From positions 24,490-88,489 of the forward strand of contig SLDR01000010.1 of NCBI GenBank assembly GCA_007125155.1: 64,000 nucleotides of DNA, read 5' to 3'. The notes under the pieces were generated by a model that saw only the letters and a list, made by a program, of their open reading frames with translations, searched no databases and was not told the DNA's origin. The stretch comes from Candidatus Campbellbacteria bacterium (GTDB lineage: Bacteria; Patescibacteriota; Minisyncoccia; Phycocordibacterales; CSBR16-193). Of this stretch, positions 58,773 to 64,000 are shown one piece after another (position 1 is the first letter of the stretch; the number at the start of each line of letters is the position of its first letter). The translations under genes and the position numbers were made by a program.

Positions 58773-58861
58773 TCCGGAGTTCCTTTTTAAAACCGACGTT
58801 TCTGTAAACGTCGGTTTTTTGATCTTATGCCAACGAGAGCACCCGTATAGGCACCGGCCCC

Positions 58862-59092
58862 CTACTCCTGCATCAATCTTTGTATCTCGCCTTGATATTT
58901 ACGCATGACCTCCATAGTGGCCGCCATCTCACTTTTGCCTTCTTTGGTCTTTTGCTTTACCTCTTTTCCGATCTTTTCAAAAAGCTCGGGATTCTTCTCA
59001 ACAAGTTTGATTATCATCTCCTGCTGTTCCTCAGGTACGCCCTTCATCTTGGCCTTCATGTATTTTTTCAAAAAGAAATTCTTTATTCCCAT
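58862..59092 (-). CDS. Small helical hypothetical protein (CPR-type)
   Basis: MKAKMKGVPEEQQEMIIKLVEKNPELFEKI; start set at MGIKNFF. Confidence 0.75.
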   Translation of the reverse strand: MGIKNFFLKKYMKAKMKGVPEEQQEMIIKLVEKNPELFEKIGKEVKQKTKEGKSEMAATMEVMRKYQGEIQRLMQE

Positions 59093-59209
59093 GTTTTTTT
59101 GTTTGATCAATAATTAAAAAACAATTATAGCACAAGACAAAAATAGAAACAGCCTTAATATAATGATACTTCATCGATATGTTAAAATGGATCAACATGA
59201 GACCTGAAT

Positions 59210-59884
59210 ATGGCAAAATATGAAATTGAAATAAAAACTTTACTTGGCAAAGAAGACGCCAAACAAGATCTGATACGCAAAATGAAAAAAACGGATCCGG
59301 AATTCAGAAGGCTGTCAAAGAACAACCAGCTAAATCATTACTTTGCTGGAAGCAACATAAACGAATTGTACGAGAAGGTGGAGGCTTTTTTGCCGAACGA
59401 CAGAAAATCAATAATGAAAGAAATAATTGAAGCCGGAAATGAATTTTCGGTCAGAACCCGGAAGAAAGACTCCGATGTTTATCTGGTCATAAAGGCTTCG
59501 GTTGATGAAGGCACAAGCGAAAATACCGTCTCAAGACTTGAGTTCGAAGAGAAGATCGATCTTACGCTTGACGAGATCGATAGTTTGATACTGGAGGTCG
59601 GATATACCTATCAAGCAAAATGGTCTCGAGAGCGTTCCGAATATACGTATAAAAAAATGAACGTATGTATAGACAAGAACGCAGGTTACGGATATGTGGC
59701 AGAGTTTGAAAAGGTTATCGATGATGAAAAGAAGATCCCTCAAGCAAAATCAGAAATTAAACGATTTATGGAAGAACTTGGACTCGAAGAACTTCCCCAA
59801 GACAGACTGGGAAGGATGTTTGATCACTACAACAAAAATTGGGAAAAATACTACGGGACGAACAAAACCTTCACGATCAAATAA
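59210..59884 (+). CDS. CYTH domain protein
   Basis: N-terminal EIEIK; QLNHYF, RLEFE, KWSRER and AEFE motifs. Confidence 0.85.
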   Translation: MAKYEIEIKTLLGKEDAKQDLIRKMKKTDPEFRRLSKNNQLNHYFAGSNINELYEKVEAFLPNDRKSIMKEIIEAGNEFSVRTRKKDSDVYLVIKASVDEGTSENTVSRLEFEEKIDLTLDEIDSLILEVGYTYQAKWSRERSEYTYKKMNVCIDKNAGYGYVAEFEKVIDDEKKIPQAKSEIKRFMEELGLEELPQDRLGRMFDHYNKNWEKYYGTNKTFTIK

Positions 59885-59887
59885 GTG

Positions 59888-60757
59888 CTAAACCGGAAAC
59901 TGTTTTGACAATACCAGAGCTCCGTATATCCCTCCGATCGCTCCAAGTTCGGCCTTTTTGATCTCAGGGATATGAGGAAGGAAATTGGCGAACTTCTCGA
60001 CATGATGACGTATTCTGTCAATTGGAATGGCCGGATCCCCCACCACCATTGATCCGCCGATGACCACCGTGTCCGGGGACCAGAACAGGATCGAGTTAAA
60101 TACACCTATCGCACTTTCAAATGCAAGTCTCTCCCATATCTCCGCGTCAACCACATCCCTGGGATCCATCCCCGTGGTTTTGTTGAGGGCCGTGCCGGAT
60201 ACATGATCTTCGAAGGTGGATGCGGGGGTTACGTCCAACTTGTATGCCAAGGCTTTCTCTTTGTTGATCAATGAGTGATTTATTATATGGTGACCGGGCT
60301 CGAATCCGACCGTCGCTCTATCTATCAGTCCATCAACTATCCTGGCACCGCCCACACCGGTACTGATGGTAATATAGGAGCATATTTCACTTCCTACTCC
60401 GGCGCCGTAATGAACCTCTCCCAGGCCCACCACATCTGAATCATTCCCGACCACCAACGGCGCCGAGAGTTTATCCTCGAAGATCCGACGGATCGGCTTA
60501 TCCACCCATCCGGACATATTGGGGGAATATACCAACCCTTCCATCTTCTTATCCCAGACACCGGTTATTCCTCCCCACATTCCTTCGATCTTCTCACCAT
60601 CGGCGATGGCCAGAGCTGTTTCGCAAAAAAGCTCCGCACCTTCCTCCACACTGACCGGAGTATCATGTATGATCGGTTCGGAGAATTTTTCTCCGTCCTC
60701 GGTTGAACTGATCCTGATCTTACTTCCACCTATGTCAAATAATATCTTCATATTCAC
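59888..60757 (-). CDS. ROK family sugar kinase
   Basis: DIGGSK, NDSD...GE, TISTGVGG and EPGH motifs. Confidence 0.92.
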   Translation of the reverse strand: MNMKILFDIGGSKIRISSTEDGEKFSEPIIHDTPVSVEEGAELFCETALAIADGEKIEGMWGGITGVWDKKMEGLVYSPNMSGWVDKPIRRIFEDKLSAPLVVGNDSDVVGLGEVHYGAGVGSEICSYITISTGVGGARIVDGLIDRATVGFEPGHHIINHSLINKEKALAYKLDVTPASTFEDHVSGTALNKTTGMDPRDVVDAEIWERLAFESAIGVFNSILFWSPDTVVIGGSMVVGDPAIPIDRIRHHVEKFANFLPHIPEIKKAELGAIGGIYGALVLSKQFPV

Positions 60758-61725
60758 TTCATTAGCTTTTTAAATTTCTCAATAAAAGGAACCGTGTCAG
60801 GGTCCGTCTTATAACGAGAGACCGAAAGTTCCAATGATGCCCAATCGGCGACCAACAGTCCTTTAAAGATCTTTTCCGCCCTACTGCTCCCTTCCAACTT
60901 GAACCTGAAGGTTTTTATACCTCTTTCCTTGTATATCTGCTCCGTAATGTCCATTCTTTTTTGAATTCTGGGATGATCCTCTTCATCCGAGAGGATATAA
61001 ACGGCGATCTCGGAACTCAAGCGTCTGGTGCCCTCTACGGCCCCGAACCCTTCCATCTCATTGTGGTTCAACTCCGGAAAGACATTATAAAATGATGGTA
61101 TCTTGGTCGTCTCATTGAATTTGATCTTCCAGTTATAAGCAAGGGTCAGATTGTCTGAGGAAGCGTATATCAAAGGTATCAGACCGCTTAGATTTTCAGC
61201 GACCTCCAAGCCTTTTGCGCGTTCCCTTTTGGGATCCAGCTTATCCGCAAGTCCTCGAAGTTCACTTAAGGATCTATCACTTCCTAAAAGTGCGGCCAAA
61301 GCCATAACGGAATGACCCACCGCATTTCTTGGTTGTATACCTTCATCAGGTACCACGATCATGGGCAGAGCCGATCGATCGGCGAGGGCTTTCATTTTCC
61401 CTCCCGTTGTTATCACGGCCACATTAGCCCCTTCATCCATTGCTTCTTCCAGAGCATCAAGGGTTTCCTCAGTATTTCCCGAGTAAGAAACAAACACAAA
61501 GAGGATCTTCTTTTTTTGAGCCGGCGAGATATCGGGCAAACCGTAACCGTTATGGATAGTTATCGGCAAAGAAGGATCAACTGCCTTAAGGATACCTCCG
61601 CACAGATGGGATCCACCCATGCCTACAACCACGACCGATTCGTACTCGGTGAACAGTTTCTTCTTATCGATCATTTCCGGTTTAAAACGGAACTGATCAG
61701 GTAAACCCAGTATCGCTTCTTCCAT
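60754..61725 (-). CDS. Bifunctional phosphoglucose/phosphomannose isomerase (SIS fold)
   Basis: GMGGS, SYSGNTEET, QPR and PELNHNE motifs. Confidence 0.92.
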   Translation of the reverse strand: MEEAILGLPDQFRFKPEMIDKKKLFTEYESVVVVGMGGSHLCGGILKAVDPSLPITIHNGYGLPDISPAQKKKILFVFVSYSGNTEETLDALEEAMDEGANVAVITTGGKMKALADRSALPMIVVPDEGIQPRNAVGHSVMALAALLGSDRSLSELRGLADKLDPKRERAKGLEVAENLSGLIPLIYASSDNLTLAYNWKIKFNETTKIPSFYNVFPELNHNEMEGFGAVEGTRRLSSEIAVYILSDEEDHPRIQKRMDITEQIYKERGIKTFRFKLEGSSRAEKIFKGLLVADWASLELSVSRYKTDPDTVPFIEKFKKLMK

Positions 61726-61815
61726 TTATCAAAATTTTAAAAATAATAATCTTATTCTAACTTAAAAATACGACCTATGCAGTTATGATCGGCGCTGATG
61801 TGCTCCCGTCCCCAT

Positions 61816-62586
61816 TTAATTCTCGAAGGGCATGGGAGCGAAATGTATCACATGTTCGAGCACGGTCTTGACGGAAACACGCTGGTCGGCGTTCATTTTC
61901 TTTATTGCCGGAAGGGTGCGGATGAACCTTATTAGAGCCTCGTGCTCGGGCGGCCCTTCTCGCATCTTGTCATAAATAACCTCCTCCAGCAGATCGAGAA
62001 ACATCTGAGCTCCGGCCTTATCACGCTCATCGATATATTTTTTTAGCATTTTGCTTCTTACCGCTATGGTCGAAGAAAGGAACTCATCTACCGAGACCGA
62101 ACAGCCGGTCTCCGTCTCAAGGAACGAGATCGCGAGCCTGGAATAAAGGGTGGTCAGAAGGATATCTTCGGACGGAATTATCAATATGAAACGAATATGG
62201 CGTGGCGTACTTTCAAAAAGTTTGAGCAGTGCGTTCTGAGATTCGGTGGTCATGGTGTGGGTCTCAAGAACGCACACCTTTTCCGAGTCCTTTGCCGGAT
62301 TTACACTGCTCCAATTACGTAAAAAATTCGCGTCCTCGATCGCAAAGGAACCCTTAACATAGTGAAGAAGGTCGGGATTCTCTTTTAAAGTAACATCCCA
62401 GCAGGTGCTTACGGCTTTCAATATCCTCTTTCCGCCCTCCGAAGGGTTTCGAGTAATGAAGCAGAATGCATGATGATGGGATCTTTTAAGAATTCCCTCA
62501 ACGGAGTCCGTCTTAGACGAACCCGAATGCTCCTCCACTCTCTCCGCATTAGTATTTTGTGGTAATGCTTTTCTTGTAGACATCAA
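61816..62586 (-). CDS. holB: DNA polymerase III delta-prime-like subunit (degenerate)
   Basis: HHAF, NPD, SQNALLKLFE and LLTTLYSR motifs. The true start may be GTG 62538. Confidence 0.7.
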   Translation of the reverse strand: MMSTRKALPQNTNAERVEEHSGSSKTDSVEGILKRSHHHAFCFITRNPSEGGKRILKAVSTCWDVTLKENPDLLHYVKGSFAIEDANFLRNWSSVNPAKDSEKVCVLETHTMTTESQNALLKLFESTPRHIRFILIIPSEDILLTTLYSRLAISFLETETGCSVSVDEFLSSTIAVRSKMLKKYIDERDKAGAQMFLDLLEEVIYDKMREGPPEHEALIRFIRTLPAIKKMNADQRVSVKTVLEHVIHFAPMPFEN

Positions 62587-63562
62587 GATGTTCTAATGCG
62601 ATCCCGGTTCCCCGCGCCACGCAGTACATTGGGTCTTTCGCAAGGCGTGCGTTCACCCCGATTCGCCGGTTGACCAGTTCGGTGAGATTCCTAAGCTGAG
62701 AGGTCCCTCCCGTCATAACTATGCCTTGATCTACTATATCGGAAGAGAGCTCGGGAGGTGTCTCTTGAAGAACCTCCTTTATCGCCCGGATCATTTCACG
62801 CAGATCCTTCGTTATGGCTTTAAGTATCTCGTTACTTTCCACCTCTATGGATCTGGGAAGCCCCGATACGAAGTCCCTTCCCTTTATGGTCATCGTTAGG
62901 TCCTCTTCCAACGGAATGGCGGAAACCACTTTTATTTTCACATCCTCTGCCGTCTTATCACCTATTCCGAGATTGAAATTCTTTTTGACGTAGTCGGCTA
63001 TGGACTGGTCAAGCTTATTGCCTCCGTACTTTACCGAAGTCGACGAAACGATACCTCCAAGTGAGATCACAGCCACATCCGTCGTACCCCCGCCGATATC
63101 GACGATCATGTGCCCGGTGGGTTCATGGATCGGGATTCCCGCCCCGATGGCCGCCAGAATGGGCTCCTTGACCACATAGGCGTTACGTGCCCCCGCTCTG
63201 ATGGCCGCCTCAATGACCGCACGCCTTTCCGTCGAGGTCACTCCTGCCGGCACAGATACCAGAACGTCGGGCTTCATTATGTTGAACCTTCCGAGAGCTT
63301 TATCCAGATAGTATCGAAGCATGGCCTCAGTGACGCGGTAATCGGCAATAACTCCGTCCTTCATCGGGCGATATGCAACTATGGCCTCAGGTGTTTTCCC
63401 CACCATCTTTTTAGCTTCCGCACCTATCGCCAGTATCTTATTATCTTCCTCAGAGACGGCTACGACCGACGGTTCATTCAGAACTATCCCTTTTTTGGGA
63501 ACGAATACCAGGATATTCGCGGTGCCGAGATCTATTCCTATTTTTTTGTAAAACAATCCCAT
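62549..63562 (-). CDS. mreB: Rod shape-determining protein MreB
   Basis: GIDLGTAN, EPSVVA, RPMKDGVIAD and DIGGGTT motifs; start moved to ATG 63562. Confidence 0.97.
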   Translation of the reverse strand: MGLFYKKIGIDLGTANILVFVPKKGIVLNEPSVVAVSEEDNKILAIGAEAKKMVGKTPEAIVAYRPMKDGVIADYRVTEAMLRYYLDKALGRFNIMKPDVLVSVPAGVTSTERRAVIEAAIRAGARNAYVVKEPILAAIGAGIPIHEPTGHMIVDIGGGTTDVAVISLGGIVSSTSVKYGGNKLDQSIADYVKKNFNLGIGDKTAEDVKIKVVSAIPLEEDLTMTIKGRDFVSGLPRSIEVESNEILKAITKDLREMIRAIKEVLQETPPELSSDIVDQGIVMTGGTSQLRNLTELVNRRIGVNARLAKDPMYCVARGTGIALEHLDVYKKSITTKY

Positions 63563-63668
63563 ATGCTTATACGAGAATACATTATATATCAAATAAAAAC
63601 AAAGCGCCAAATCAAATGGTTCACATAAAACTTTCACGATATAGCGTATATGATATACTTGTTCCAAT

Positions 63669-64000
63669 ATGGAAAAAACAAACACGATACATCTCAACAA
63701 AATAGGTCATTTAGTACAAAGATTCAGGGAAAAACACGGTCTGACCCAAAAGGAACTTGCCGAGAGAATGGGCACCACTCAAAGCGCGGTGGCTCGAATA
63801 GAGGCCGGTGACCAGAACGTCAGTGCAACCACCCTTTCTAAAATGAACCATGCCCTTGGAATAAACCTTTTCCACATGGATTCCGGTACTTTGACCGTGC
63901 GAATAGAAGGAGGCCGGAAGCTCAAGGGATCGATAGAAACAAGAACATCTAAAAACGGAGCAGTTGGCCTTTTATGCGCCTCGATGCTTAACAAAGGAAG
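63669..64000 (+). CDS. murA: XRE-HTH fused UDP-N-acetylglucosamine 1-carboxyvinyltransferase (partial; runs off the window)
   Basis: Manual translation: ...GLTQKELAERMGTTQSAVARIEAG (HTH)...RIEGGRKLKGSIETRTSKNGAVGLLCASML (MurA N-terminus). Confidence 0.88.
   Translation, partial: MEKTNTIHLNKIGHLVQRFREKHGLTQKELAERMGTTQSAVARIEAGDQNVSATTLSKMNHALGINLFHMDSGTLTVRIEGGRKLKGSIETRTSKNGAVGLLCASMLNKG

Noticed and set aside
61-63994. Many ORF-track entries antisense to or overlapping identified genes (e.g. 8250..8726, 31375..31923, 54234..54884, 63110..63628)
   Set aside because: Shadow ORFs of well-supported genes, with no motifs or expression signals.
1-64000. Alternative genetic code (UGA=Gly, as in Gracilibacteria)
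   Set aside because: Conserved genes are full-length under code 11, and rpmJ ends at TGA at its normal C-terminus.

Overview
This window looks like chromosomal DNA from a Patescibacteria/CPR bacterium, probably Parcubacteria-like, using genetic code 11. The assignment is inferred from short AspRS and AlaRS, a short L13, housekeeping genes that mostly lack Shine-Dalgarno sites, and CPR-type hypothetical proteins. Most genes lie on the minus strand: scpA (partial), aspS, pepA, trpS, grpE-dnaK-dnaJ, infA-rpmJ-rpsM-rpsK-rpsD-rpoA-rplQ-rplM-rpsI, alaS, mnmA, mltG, leuS (with a NUDIX insert), xseAB, ychF, a double-length thyX, dfx, proB, ilvE-pheA, ROK kinase, PGI/PMI, a holB-like gene and mreB. 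The plus strand carries nrdDG behind a cobalamin-like riboswitch and a partial HTH-murA fusion. Two signals stand out. (1) A stand-alone, highly structured RNA candidate of about 245 nt at 527-773 has a duplicated internal module and its own promoter and terminator. (2) About a dozen self-contained orphan gene units, many encoding small Zn-ribbon proteins, share one layout: sigma70 promoter, boxA-like motif (G[TA][TA]CTTT[AG]A), strong AGGAGG RBS, ORF and usually a terminator. This suggests Nus-type antitermination or a related dedicated expression system for accessory genes. No CRISPR array, rRNA, tRNA or transposase was recognised. All calls were made by eye, without database searches.
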